From assembly GCA_014728075.1 (NCBI GenBank), contig WJMG01000078.1:2668-66667 (forward strand): a stretch of DNA of 64,000 nt, written 5' to 3'. This DNA is from Candidatus Omnitrophota bacterium (GTDB taxonomy: Bacteria > Omnitrophota > Gorgyraeia > Tantalellales > Tantalellaceae). Numbering within the stretch: position 1 is the first letter of the stretch; each line of letters begins with the position of its first letter. The translations under genes and the position numbers were made by a program. Shown piece after piece: positions 50,592 through 59,984 of this stretch. Under the pieces are notes generated by a model. It saw only the letters and a program-made list of their open reading frames with translations. It did no database searches and was not told where the DNA came from.

Positions 50592-51695
50592 CTATCCGGC
50601 AAGCTGCATGGGAAGGACTACATAAATGTAATCTTCCCCTCTCCTGAATACCCCGGGCTTTCCCGGGTCCTTGACCTCAAAAGTAACTTCCTCATCGTCC
50701 AGGCTTTTAAGGACATCTATAAGATACCTCGGATTGAAGCCTATTTCAAGCTCATCGTTTCCAGTATAAACAACGGGTATCTCCTCTTTCGCCTCTCCGA
50801 GGTAGGGTGTGTTCTTTGATATCATCATCCTGGTCTTCTTGACACTGAGTTTTATCGCCATTGAATCCTGGTCGGTGAAGATATTCGCTCTTCTGGTAGC
50901 GGACAGGAACTCGTCCCTCGATACCTTTATCTCTTTGGAAGACCTTTCGGGTATGACCTTGTTATAGTTGGGATATTCTCCTTCTATTAACCTCGAAAGA
51001 ATAAAGCTGTCCGAAAAAGAGAACAAAACCTGATTCTCGCTGAACTTCACCTGAACTTCACCTTCATCCTGAAGCATCCTTTTCACTTCCTGAACGGCTT
51101 TTGTCGGTATTATGGCTTTTCTGTCGGTAAGTATTTTTTCAGGGAGAGTGCTTGAGGCTATGGCAAGGCGCCTGCCGTCGGTAGCTACGACAGAAAGCTT
51201 ATCCCCCTTGACCGCCATAAGGATCCCGTTGAGTACATAACGGGTGTCGTCCCTGCTTATCGCGAAATCCGTAAGGTTGAGGATATTTTTTAAAACCCCC
51301 TGAGCGACCGTAACGGATTCCTTATCCTCGAACAGCGGCAGCTGCGGAAATTCCTCTTTCGGTAATCCTATGATCTTGAAATTGGCCTTTCCGCTTTTTA
51401 TGGTAACAAAATTGTTCTTTTTCATGGAAAGCTCTACATCGTTGCCCTCGGGTAACGCTTTTACGATATCGAAGAACTTTCTAGCCGGGACGGTTATAGC
51501 CCCTTCCTGAAGGACCTCCACCGGAATGGTTGAACATATCCCTATATCAAGATCCGTAGCGGTCAGTTTTAAGGTCCCTTTTTCCGACTCAAGAAGAACA
51601 TTGCTTAATATAGGTAAGCTGCTTTTTTGAGATACCGCGTTTTGAACGGTTTGTATACCGTTTACCAGATCCTCCTTTGAAACTCTGATCTCCAT
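50592..51695 (-). CDS. dnaN: DNA polymerase III beta clamp
   Basis: LPILSNVL, ATDGRRL, SRLIEGEYPNY, GFNPRYL, VVLPM. Confidence 0.97.
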   Translation of the reverse strand: MEIRVSKEDLVNGIQTVQNAVSQKSSLPILSNVLLESEKGTLKLTATDLDIGICSTIPVEVLQEGAITVPARKFFDIVKALPEGNDVELSMKKNNFVTIKSGKANFKIIGLPKEEFPQLPLFEDKESVTVAQGVLKNILNLTDFAISRDDTRYVLNGILMAVKGDKLSVVATDGRRLAIASSTLPEKILTDRKAIIPTKAVQEVKRMLQDEGEVQVKFSENQVLFSFSDSFILSRLIEGEYPNYNKVIPERSSKEIKVSRDEFLSATRRANIFTDQDSMAIKLSVKKTRMMISKNTPYLGEAKEEIPVVYTGNDELEIGFNPRYLIDVLKSLDDEEVTFEVKDPGKPGVFRRGEDYIYVVLPMQLAG

Positions 51696-51699
51696 AATT

Positions 51700-51885
51700 C
51701 CTCCTATAAGACTGTTCTATTATTTGAAAAACAGCAGTAATCTTATTAATAGACACCCGCATAACCTGTGGATAAGTATGTAAATGTTTAGTAATAAAGG
51801 TCTTGCGTTAATAAAAAGCTGTGGATAAGTTATATATAACCTTGTGGAAACAAACTGGAAAAACATTTATTTATCCACAGCGAAA
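51700..51885. other. oriC: DnaA boxes and DnaA-trio-like unwinding region
   Basis: Perfect TTATCCACA boxes at 51767-51775, 51820-51828 and 51871-51879. On the minus strand: box, GC-rich stretch, then TAT TAA TAA GAT TAC (51731-51751). Gene orientation switches nearby. Confidence 0.85.
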
Positions 51886-51888
51886 AGG

Positions 51889-53298
51889 TCAGTCTTTTAT
51901 CATCGATCTGAGCCTTTTTATAGTATCTCTGGTCTTTTCGTTTTCCTCTACTTCTTTTGCGATCTTGTCGCAGGCGTGAAGAACGGTCGTATGGTCACGC
52001 CCGAAAAAATTACCTATGTCCGGAAGGGAATGGTCGGTAAACTCCCTTGCCAGGTACATAGCGATCTGACGGGGGTACGCTATAGCCCGTGTTCGTTTTT
52101 TCGATTTAAGGTCAGTTTCCGGTACCCCGAAAAAGTCCGATACTGTATTCTGTATATCCTTTATGTGTATTTTCTTTACGCCTTCCGAGATCATGCCTTT
52201 AAGGACCTCTCTTGCCAGGTCTGTGGTCATTTCTCTTCCGGTCAGTTTTCCGTAAGCCGCGACGCGTATAAGGGCGCCTTCCAGTTCCCGGATGTTCGAA
52301 CGGATATGTTCCGCCAGGAAAAAAAGAACTTCTTTTGATACGGCGACCGCTTCGTTCTGGGATTTTCTCTCAAGTATCGCTATCCGTGTCTCAAAGTCCG
52401 GGGGCTGGACATCGGCCGTCAAGCCCCAGGCGAAGCGAGTTACAAGGCGTTCCTCGAGTTTAGCTATTTCCTTAGGAGGTCTGTCGGAGCACAGGACGAT
52501 CTGTTTATGCGCGTCGTACAGGGTATTAAAAGTATGGAAGAACTCTTCCTGTGTGGATTCTTTTCCGGAGATGAACTGTATATCGTCCAGAAGAAGGATA
52601 TCCGCGTGCCGGTACATGTCCCTGAACTTCTGCATGGTCTTGTTCCGGATCCCGTTTATGAGCTGGTTGGTGAACTCTTCGCTGGACAGATATATAACCC
52701 TGGCTCTCGGATGCCTTTTCATGATCTCGTGGCCCATGGCCTGCATAAGATGTGTTTTGCCAAGGCCGGTACCCCCGTAAAGAAAGAAAGGATTATATTG
52801 TTTAGCGATGTTTTCGCAAACCGCCATGGCCGCGGCGTGCGCAAAACGGTTGCTGGGCCCGACCACGAATTCGTCGAAAGTGTATTTGTCGTTCAATTCG
52901 GCCCGGGAAGAGCTGTTTTTCAGGGGTTGGGGCGAAAAGACATTCTTTAGCCAGGATCGTCCGGAAGGTGTTCTTTCCTCGGAAGAGGGTTTAGGAGCGG
53001 TCTTTTCCGGCGGATCTACGGAGGGTGCAGGGTCTTGCCCCATACCGGACATGTTAGGGGTATCCACTATCTTGAAGGAAACCGAAACATCTTTTCCGGC
53101 AGCCTGATGTACTGCCGTGGAGATAAGGCTGATATATTTTTCCTTTAACCAGTCCTCGTAGAATTTGTTTGGAACCCCGAGGGTAAGAGAAGACGAATCA
53201 AAGGAAACCTGAGTGATAGGCTGGAACCAGGCGCTGAAGATCTGTTCGTTTACTTCCGAGCGGAGTATATTAAGGGCTTTTTTCCAGAGGCTGTCCAT
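51889..53298 (-). CDS. dnaA: Chromosomal replication initiator DnaA
   Basis: YNPFFLYGGTGLGKTHL, LLLDDIQF, NIRELEGAL, RDHTTVLHA. Confidence 0.98.
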   Translation of the reverse strand: MDSLWKKALNILRSEVNEQIFSAWFQPITQVSFDSSSLTLGVPNKFYEDWLKEKYISLISTAVHQAAGKDVSVSFKIVDTPNMSGMGQDPAPSVDPPEKTAPKPSSEERTPSGRSWLKNVFSPQPLKNSSSRAELNDKYTFDEFVVGPSNRFAHAAAMAVCENIAKQYNPFFLYGGTGLGKTHLMQAMGHEIMKRHPRARVIYLSSEEFTNQLINGIRNKTMQKFRDMYRHADILLLDDIQFISGKESTQEEFFHTFNTLYDAHKQIVLCSDRPPKEIAKLEERLVTRFAWGLTADVQPPDFETRIAILERKSQNEAVAVSKEVLFFLAEHIRSNIRELEGALIRVAAYGKLTGREMTTDLAREVLKGMISEGVKKIHIKDIQNTVSDFFGVPETDLKSKKRTRAIAYPRQIAMYLAREFTDHSLPDIGNFFGRDHTTVLHACDKIAKEVEENEKTRDTIKRLRSMIKD

Positions 53299-53380
53299 AA
53301 AAAACGAAGGGAAAAGTTATTAAAACAATCAACAAGAAAAGGAATGGAAATCCACAACAAATGAAGAAGATATTAACAAG

Positions 53381-53450
53381 TTATCCACAGCGTGTTAAGA
53401 TCTGCTTTTTACTGAATTTTAATTATATACACGATATTAATGTAAAGCAA
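53381..53450 (-). promoter_or_regulatory. dnaA promoter with downstream DnaA box
   Basis: Minus strand TTGCTT-17-TATAAT (53450-53422); TTATCCACA at 53381-53389. Confidence 0.7.
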
Positions 53451-53571
53451 GGAAAAAATCGCGGACAGAAATCCGACCAGCAGATGTTATCGCAGCATAA
53501 CCCGATATTTTAGCGGGAAAAGAGCCGTATATAAAAAATCGGGAAAAGCCCGGAAAGGGATAATTATAACC

Positions 53572-53599
53572 TTGACTTAAAACGGCTGTATGATATAAT
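53572..53599 (+). promoter_or_regulatory. rpmH operon promoter
   Basis: TTGACT-16-TATAAT with extended TG. Confidence 0.7.
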
Positions 53600-53656
53600 C
53601 ATAAATCCAAAAAACGGGATGTAAGTAATATTATAGAAATACAAGGGGTGGTACCA

Positions 53657-53794
53657 GTGAAAAAGAATCTTACAAATAAATCCAATCTGAAACGCAAAAG
53701 AAAGCACGGCTTCCGCGCCAGGAGCAGCTCAAAATCGGGAAAAGCCATACTCCAGCGAAAAAGGCGCAAAGGCGAAAAAGTACTTTCCGCGTGA
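53657..53794 (+). CDS. rpmH: 50S ribosomal protein L34 (not in the ORF track)
   Basis: GTG start; [45 protein letters not shown]. Confidence 0.92.
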   Translation: MKKNLTNKSNLKRKRKHGFRARSSSKSGKAILQRKRRKGEKVLSA

Positions 53795-54129
53795 AACTCC
53801 AGCACCTGAAAAATGCCGGGGAGTTTGCCGCTATCCTTTCGGGCGGGACCAGGAGAAAAGGCAGGGTCCTGACGGTCATATCCAAAAAACGCTCCGGAGA
53901 AAACACGAACAAAAGAGTAGGGCTCATTGTTTCAAAAAAAGCGGCCGGGACTTCAGTTCGCCGAAACCATATTAAAAGAGTAATATACGCTTTCTTCAGA
54001 GAGCACCCCGAAGTCTTTGAGGACGGAAAGGACATAGTTGTTCGGATTATCGCTGATGTAAGAAGTGAGCCCCGTAAAGGCCTGTCAAAAACCCTGAGGC
54101 AAGAATTAACGCAGCTGCTTAGTAAATAA
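53791..54129 (+). CDS. rnpA: Ribonuclease P protein component
   Basis: [18 protein letters not shown] motif; synteny. Confidence 0.9.
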   Translation: MKLQHLKNAGEFAAILSGGTRRKGRVLTVISKKRSGENTNKRVGLIVSKKAAGTSVRRNHIKRVIYAFFREHPEVFEDGKDIVVRIIADVRSEPRKGLSKTLRQELTQLLSK

Positions 54130-54142
54130 CCAGATAGGATAT

Positions 54143-54367
54143 ATGAGAAGATTTTTGGTGTTTATGCTGGCCCTTTACAAAAAGTATATAAGTCCTTTTC
54201 TCCCAAGGAGTTGTAAGTTTTCGCCTACCTGTTCCGAGTATTCCGCTGAAGCAATAACACGGTATGGAGTGTTCAAAGGAGCGGTTATGTCCTTATGGAG
54301 GATTTTAAGATGTAACCCTTTTTCCCGCGGGGGTTTTGATCCGGTTATTAAGAACAATAAAGGATAA
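54143..54367 (+). CDS. yidD: Membrane protein insertion efficiency factor
   Basis: [24 protein letters not shown]. Confidence 0.95.
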   Translation: MRRFLVFMLALYKKYISPFLPRSCKFSPTCSEYSAEAITRYGVFKGAVMSLWRILRCNPFSRGGFDPVIKNNKG

Positions 54368-54373
54368 GATCAA

Positions 54374-55975
54374 ATGGAAAAAAGATTATTGATAGCCCTG
54401 GGGCTTTCGCTTGCCGTTCTGTTCCTTTTTCAAAAAATGAGCCCAAAGGGACCCGTGACCGGGGCGCCAGAAAAAGGCGCGACCGTACAGATGGAAGAAC
54501 TCGCGGCTTTTGACAGCCGTGGCGCGGAAAAGAACACACCGGCCGTTCGCCCGATGCAAACGGCTGAAAAAGTAAAAGAGGAAGAGACGGTCATAGAGAC
54601 CGGAAAATATCGTCTGGTTTTTTCCAATATAGGTGGTTCCTTGAAAAAGGTCGTGCTTAAGGAATACAGCGGCAAGGAGGAAGAGGTCCTGCAGCAGACC
54701 AAAGATCCGGCCCAAAGCCCCTTTGCTTTAAAAAGTCCTGTTTTTCCCGGCATAGAAAAAGCCCCCTATTCGGTCAGTAAAGGAGAAGGATATCTTGAAT
54801 ATTCCCTCCAACAGCCCGGAGAAATACAGATAAAGAAAAGATATACATTCGATAACTCAAATGATTACATAGGCTTAACGCTCCTTGTTGAAAATCTTTC
54901 GAAAAAACAGATCAACTTTTCTTATGAAATAGTAGGGCCGGCCGGAATGGTAAATGGGGACGAGGTCTCCGGGCGAAGTTTTCTCCAGGCAGACTCTTTA
55001 GTAGACGGGAAGATCTGGAAAGAGAAAAGTGTTAAAAATACCGAAACAAGAAAAGGCGCGGTTGCCTGGGCGGGTTTGAAGAACAGGTATTTCACCATGA
55101 TACTTAATCCGCAAAGGCCCGCACAAGAGGTTTCGGTACAACAACTTAACAAAAATGATATGTTGCTGGGCATTGAACCCGAACCCCTTGAGCTCTCTCC
55201 GGGAGCGATCAAAGAAGCCCGATTTATCCTGTACGCCGGCCCAATAATAGAATCAAGAATAGCGGCTGTAGACGACAGCATGACCGGAGTGGTCGATTAC
55301 GGGTTTTTCGGAGGCGTTAGTAAGATACTGCTATCTGTCCTGAGTTTTTTCTACGGATGGACGGGAAACTGGGGAATAGCGATAATTCTCTTGACCCTTA
55401 CCATAAACCTGCTGCTTTTTCCTCTTACGAAGAAAAGTTTCCTTTCTATGCAGCAGATGAAAAAGCTCCAGCCGCATATGCAGCAGCTTAAGGAAAAACA
55501 CAAGGACAATCCTCAAAAGCTCAACAAAGAGATGATGGAACTTTATAAGAAGTACAATGTAAACCCCCTGGGCGGATGCCTTCCCCTTCTTCTGCAGATG
55601 CCTATATTTATTTCACTGTACCAGGGGCTTATGCGCTCGGTCAACTTGAAAGGCGCGAATTTTCTCTGGATAACAGACCTGGCAAAACCGGATGCCGTAG
55701 GCATTCCCTTTTCGCTTCCCTTGATCGGGGATTCCGTGAACATTTTGCCGATACTCATGGTAGGCGCTATGTTCCTTCAGCAGAAATTATCCCAGGGAGC
55801 AACGGCAGCGGTATCTAACGAACAGGCGGGGCAGCAAAAGATGATGATGGTCATTTTCCCGCTGTTCTTCGGGTTTTTATTTTATAAAATGCCGTCGGGG
55901 CTTGTGCTTTACTGGCTTACCAACACCGTATTAATGGTTACCGAACAAACACTGATAGCCAAAAAACATTCCTAA
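54374..55975 (+). CDS. yidC: Membrane protein insertase YidC
   Basis: GNWGIAII, NPLGGCLP, LQMPIF, PSGLVLYW. Confidence 0.96.
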   Translation: MEKRLLIALGLSLAVLFLFQKMSPKGPVTGAPEKGATVQMEELAAFDSRGAEKNTPAVRPMQTAEKVKEEETVIETGKYRLVFSNIGGSLKKVVLKEYSGKEEEVLQQTKDPAQSPFALKSPVFPGIEKAPYSVSKGEGYLEYSLQQPGEIQIKKRYTFDNSNDYIGLTLLVENLSKKQINFSYEIVGPAGMVNGDEVSGRSFLQADSLVDGKIWKEKSVKNTETRKGAVAWAGLKNRYFTMILNPQRPAQEVSVQQLNKNDMLLGIEPEPLELSPGAIKEARFILYAGPIIESRIAAVDDSMTGVVDYGFFGGVSKILLSVLSFFYGWTGNWGIAIILLTLTINLLLFPLTKKSFLSMQQMKKLQPHMQQLKEKHKDNPQKLNKEMMELYKKYNVNPLGGCLPLLLQMPIFISLYQGLMRSVNLKGANFLWITDLAKPDAVGIPFSLPLIGDSVNILPILMVGAMFLQQKLSQGATAAVSNEQAGQQKMMMVIFPLFFGFLFYKMPSGLVLYWLTNTVLMVTEQTLIAKKHS

Positions 55976-55979
55976 TAGC

Positions 55980-56180
55980 ATGAAAAGACCACAAACCACT
56001 ATAGAAGTAGAAGCGACGACCGTACAGGACGCTATAAAAAAAGCCCTTTCGGTACTTAAGGCTCCTAAAAAAGAAGTCAAGATCGAAGTGCTCAAGGAAG
56101 AACGAAAAGGTCTTTTCGGCATGGAAGGCGCCGAAAGAGCCAGAATAAGGGCGACGCTTAAAGAATCCATTCAAAAATAA
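55980..56180 (+). CDS. Stand-alone Jag N-terminal domain protein
   Basis: TVQDAIKKAL..L......IEVL.E..KGLFG...ARIR; 66 aa; follows yidC. Confidence 0.85.
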   Translation: MKRPQTTIEVEATTVQDAIKKALSVLKAPKKEVKIEVLKEERKGLFGMEGAERARIRATLKESIQK

Positions 56181-56225
56181 GCCCTCCAACCCAGGCTAAA
56201 AATTATCCCCCGCATGTAAATAACC

Positions 56226-56412
56226 TGTGGATAACTCGCGTTTTCCATATAGAAAAGCAAGGTTTCCATGTGGAAACCGAAACTTCCTGATACATTGTTC
56301 CAGCCGATCCGCGAAACTGTTTATAGATGCTTAGAGCGAAACGGAAGCTACTCCGATATTCTACTCCAGCCGATCCGCGAATAGTATGGGATCAGAGTTT
56401 CCACGTGGAAAC
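56226..56412. promoter_or_regulatory. DnaA box plus parS-like palindromes upstream of parA
   Basis: TGTGGATAA at 56226-56234; GTTTCCATGTGGAAAC at 56262-56277; GTTTCCACGTGGAAAC at 56397-56412; degenerate TTTTCCATATAGAAAA at 56241-56256. Confidence 0.8.
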
Positions 56413-56594
56413 ATTTCCAAAAAATTTTTGACTGCCCGTAAAAGGCTGCTTTTTTGGGCTTTCAGGGCGATCTTTGTTTTGCTTGCCCGAAAGCTGCTTG
56501 CGGCAAAAAATAATTTGTTGACGCTCTCGACTTCGTATGATAATATTTTTTACAACAAACCATTAACACAACCCACCCAAAAAAGAGGTCTATC

Positions 56595-57425
56595 GTGAAA
56601 AAAATAGCTTTCTGTAATCAAAAAGGCGGAGTCGCGAAAACCACCTCGGCCATAAACATAGCCGCATACCTGGCCCTTAAAGGGAAAAGAACGCTTCTGG
56701 TCGACCTGGACCCCCAGGCAAACGCGACAAGCGGCGGGGGCATCGATAAAGCAAAACTAGAACACAGCATTTACGACCTTCTCCACGAACATATCCGCAT
56801 AGATACTGCTATTAAGGACACCGCTATAGACGGTCTAAAAATTGTTCCATCAAATATAAATCTTACCGGCGCCGAAGTGGAGCTTGTAAATGTTATGGGC
56901 AGAGAATACCGGCTAAAAAAATCATTGGAGGAGATCGAAGAGAACTATGATTACGCGATACTGGATTGCCCCCCCTCTCTCGGGCTGCTGACCATAAACG
57001 CCCTGACCGCGGCTAACTCCGTCATAATACCGATCCAATGCGAATATTACGCATTGGAGGGGCTAAGTCAGTTAATGCAAACTCTTGACCTTATTAGAGA
57101 TAATCTTAACGAGTCTCTTTATGTCGAAGGCGTTCTTATGACATTGGCGGATTTCCGGACAAACCTGACCAAAGAAGTGATCAGTGAAGTAAAGGAGTAC
57201 TTTGGGGACAAAGTATATAAGACCGTTATCCCAAGGACAGTAAAGCTTACCGAGGCCCCGGGTTTTGGAAAGCCTATAGCTCTTTATGCCGAAGACTCTA
57301 TCGGAGCCAGGCGGTATTCGGATGTTGTGGACGAAATGCTGGGGCTTTATAAGGACACACAAGATAATATAAAAGAAGAGGTTACCATAAACACGGAGGA
57401 AAGCCATGGAGAAGCGGCTGGGTAA
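56595..57425 (+). CDS. parA: Chromosome partitioning ATPase ParA/Soj
   Basis: NQKGGVAKTT, DLDPQAN, DCPPSLG, QCEYYALEG. Confidence 0.96.
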   Translation: MKKIAFCNQKGGVAKTTSAINIAAYLALKGKRTLLVDLDPQANATSGGGIDKAKLEHSIYDLLHEHIRIDTAIKDTAIDGLKIVPSNINLTGAEVELVNVMGREYRLKKSLEEIEENYDYAILDCPPSLGLLTINALTAANSVIIPIQCEYYALEGLSQLMQTLDLIRDNLNESLYVEGVLMTLADFRTNLTKEVISEVKEYFGDKVYKTVIPRTVKLTEAPGFGKPIALYAEDSIGARRYSDVVDEMLGLYKDTQDNIKEEVTINTEESHGEAAG

Positions 57426-58245
57426 AGGACTGGGAGCGTTGATCACCGAAGACACAGGTAAGGCCAAACAAAAGATTGAAAATATCAAGCTAAAGGACAT
57501 TGTCCCTAATCCGATGCAGCCGAGAAAGAATTTCGGCGAGCAAAAAATGAGCGAGTTGATAGATTCAATAAAGGAAAAAGGTGTCATACAGCCTATTCTG
57601 GCGAGAAAAACAGAAAACGGGCTGGAAATAATCGCCGGCGAAAGAAGATGGAGAGCAGCTCAAACCCTTGGCATAGAAGAAGTTCCGGCAATAGTCAAGG
57701 AGGGAATAGACGACGCGGCCACACTTGAACTCTCCTTGATCGAGAACATACAGAGAGAAGAGCTCAACCCTGTGGAAGAAGCGGTGGCTTACAGGGAATT
57801 AGGTGAAAAATACGACTATACCCTGGAAAAAATAGGCCAGATGGTAGGCAAAGACAAAACTACGATTTCCAACAGTTTGCGGCTTTTGTCTTTATCCAAA
57901 GAAATACTCGAGCTTCTGGAAAAAGGTGCCATATCAACAGGACATGCCAAGGTCCTCCTCTCCGTAACAAGTGAACACAAAAGGAGAAAACTCGCTAAGT
58001 CCATTGTTAAGAACGGTTTATCCGTCAGGGAGACCGAAAGAATAGCACATCTGGTAACGGATATAAAGCGAAAAAGAACAGAAAAAAAGGACCCTGATGT
58101 AGCGAGAGTGGAAGAAGAGCTTCAGCACAGGCTGGGGACCAAGGTACGGATACACCAGGGCAAAAAACGGGGGAGAATAGAGATACAGTACTATTCCAAC
58201 GATGATATGAAAAGACTGTTGGGCCTTTTAATGGGAGCGGCATAA
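57406..58245 (+). CDS. parB: Chromosome partitioning protein ParB/Spo0J
   Basis: LGKGLGAL, QPRK, IAGERRWRA, IENIQRE. Confidence 0.96.
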   Translation: MEKRLGKGLGALITEDTGKAKQKIENIKLKDIVPNPMQPRKNFGEQKMSELIDSIKEKGVIQPILARKTENGLEIIAGERRWRAAQTLGIEEVPAIVKEGIDDAATLELSLIENIQREELNPVEEAVAYRELGEKYDYTLEKIGQMVGKDKTTISNSLRLLSLSKEILELLEKGAISTGHAKVLLSVTSEHKRRKLAKSIVKNGLSVRETERIAHLVTDIKRKRTEKKDPDVARVEEELQHRLGTKVRIHQGKKRGRIEIQYYSNDDMKRLLGLLMGAA

Positions 58246-58251
58246 ATACGC

Positions 58252-58398
58252 TTGACATAATCTCTTTATAGTAGTAGTATTTAAGGGAATATAAGACCTT
58301 TTAAAACGATCCGGCGAGATCGCAAAAGGACACATAAATGAAAACAGGAAATACAGTTCATGCCGGCCCTCTTGTCAAAAGACAAGGGGGCTTTTTTT
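58252..58398 (+). promoter_or_regulatory. pyr promoter and PyrR-binding attenuator
   Basis: TTGACA-17-TAGTAT; CCTTTT-AAAAC-GATCCGGCGAGATC-GCAAAAGG PyrR-loop-like stem (58297-58329); terminator gccctcttgtc-aaaa-gacaagggggc-T7 (58366-58398). Confidence 0.85.
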
Positions 58399-58429
58399 AT
58401 CTCCATAAGTAAAACAGGCAGGGTAAGTA

Positions 58430-58987
58430 ATGAACATAAGGACGAAATCAAAAGTTCTGGACCAGCCCGGAATAAGACGGAGCGTACAAAGGATAGCACA
58501 CGAGATCATTGAAAAGAACCAGGGCCTGGAGAATGTGGCCATAATAGGCATAAAGACCCGGGGGGCATATCTTGCGGAAAGGATAGCCGAAAGCATGGCC
58601 GGGATCGAGGGCAAAAAGATCCCCGTCGGGGCCCTTGACATAACAATGTACAGGGATGACCTTACGGAGATAGCGGAACAGCCCGTTGTCCACGCGACGG
58701 AAATAGGATTTGATATTACAGGAAAAAAAATAATCCTCGTTGATGATGTTCTTTTCAGCGGACGCACGGTAAGATGCGCCCTTGATGAGCTTATAGATTT
58801 CGGAAGGCCGGCCAATATCCAGCTGGCCGTTCTTATAGACCGGGGCCACAGGGAGCTGCCTATACGGCCCGATTATACGGGGAAGAACATTCCTACCTCT
58901 AAAAAGGAAAGCGTGGAGGTCCGGCTTAAAGAGACGGATGGCTCGGAAGAGGTGGTTGTTGTGGAAGCGGAAAAGGAAGAACGATGA
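58430..58987 (+). CDS. pyrR: Pyrimidine regulator / UPRTase PyrR
   Basis: [35 protein letters not shown]. Confidence 0.96.
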   Translation: MNIRTKSKVLDQPGIRRSVQRIAHEIIEKNQGLENVAIIGIKTRGAYLAERIAESMAGIEGKKIPVGALDITMYRDDLTEIAEQPVVHATEIGFDITGKKIILVDDVLFSGRTVRCALDELIDFGRPANIQLAVLIDRGHRELPIRPDYTGKNIPTSKKESVEVRLKETDGSEEVVVVEAEKEER

Positions 58988-59967
58988 TGAAAGAAAAGAA
59001 AAAACATACATGGCGGCATAAAGACCTTCTCGGCATAGAAAACCTGTCCGAAGAAGACCTTGTTCTCATCCTTGACCAGGCCACGGGCTTCAAGGAAGTC
59101 CTGGCCAGGCCTATACCCAAAGTCCCGACTTTAAGAGGCAAAACGATCGTGACCTTGTTTTGCGAACCTTCCACAAGGACTAGAGCGTCTTTTGACCTCG
59201 CGGCGAAAAGGCTGAGCGCCGATACCCTGAACATCGCCGCTTCATCGTCCAGTTTTTTGAAAGGTGAAAGCCTTAAAGATACCGCCAGGAACCTGGAAGC
59301 GATGAAAATCGACATGATAATTATGAGGCACGAGTGCGCGGGCGCGCCCCACTTTCTGGCCGGAGAAGTGAACGCCGCCGTAATAAACGCGGGTGACGGT
59401 TTTCACGAACACCCTACACAGGCTCTTCTGGACATCTATACCATAAGAGAAAAACTCGGCAAATTCAAAGGGGTTAAAGTCAGCATAATAGGGGATATAG
59501 CACATTCAAGGGTGGCAAGAAGCAATATTCTGGCATTGAGCAAGCTGGGAGCCGAAGTAACGGTATGCGGGCCAAAAACACTCATCCCGGCGGAGATGGA
59601 AAAAATGGGAGTAAGGGTCGTTTACGGTCTCAAAGACGCGCTTGAGGGGGCGGATGTCATAAATGTTCTCAGAATACAGTTAGAAAGGCAAAAAAAGGCG
59701 TTGTTCCCGAGTACGCGGGAGTATATAAATCTGTTCGGGATAACAAAAGAAAAGCTTGACAGGCACGCAAAAGAGGATGTTGTGATAATGCACCCCGGCC
59801 CTGTCAACAGGGGTGTAGAGATCACTCAAGAGGTGGCGGACAGCAGATATTCCGTAATACTTGACCAGGTGACCAATGGTGTGGCCGTAAGAATGGCGGT
59901 TCTGTTTTTGATGGGACATAATAAAAACCTGGAACAAAAAGAAGTCCCAACAAAGCTCCATAATTAA
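58984..59967 (+). CDS. pyrB: Aspartate carbamoyltransferase
   Basis: [26 protein letters not shown]. Confidence 0.97.
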   Translation: MMKEKKKHTWRHKDLLGIENLSEEDLVLILDQATGFKEVLARPIPKVPTLRGKTIVTLFCEPSTRTRASFDLAAKRLSADTLNIAASSSSFLKGESLKDTARNLEAMKIDMIIMRHECAGAPHFLAGEVNAAVINAGDGFHEHPTQALLDIYTIREKLGKFKGVKVSIIGDIAHSRVARSNILALSKLGAEVTVCGPKTLIPAEMEKMGVRVVYGLKDALEGADVINVLRIQLERQKKALFPSTREYINLFGITKEKLDRHAKEDVVIMHPGPVNRGVEITQEVADSRYSVILDQVTNGVAVRMAVLFLMGHNKNLEQKEVPTKLHN

Positions 59968-59984
59968 TAGAAAAGTGGAGGAAA

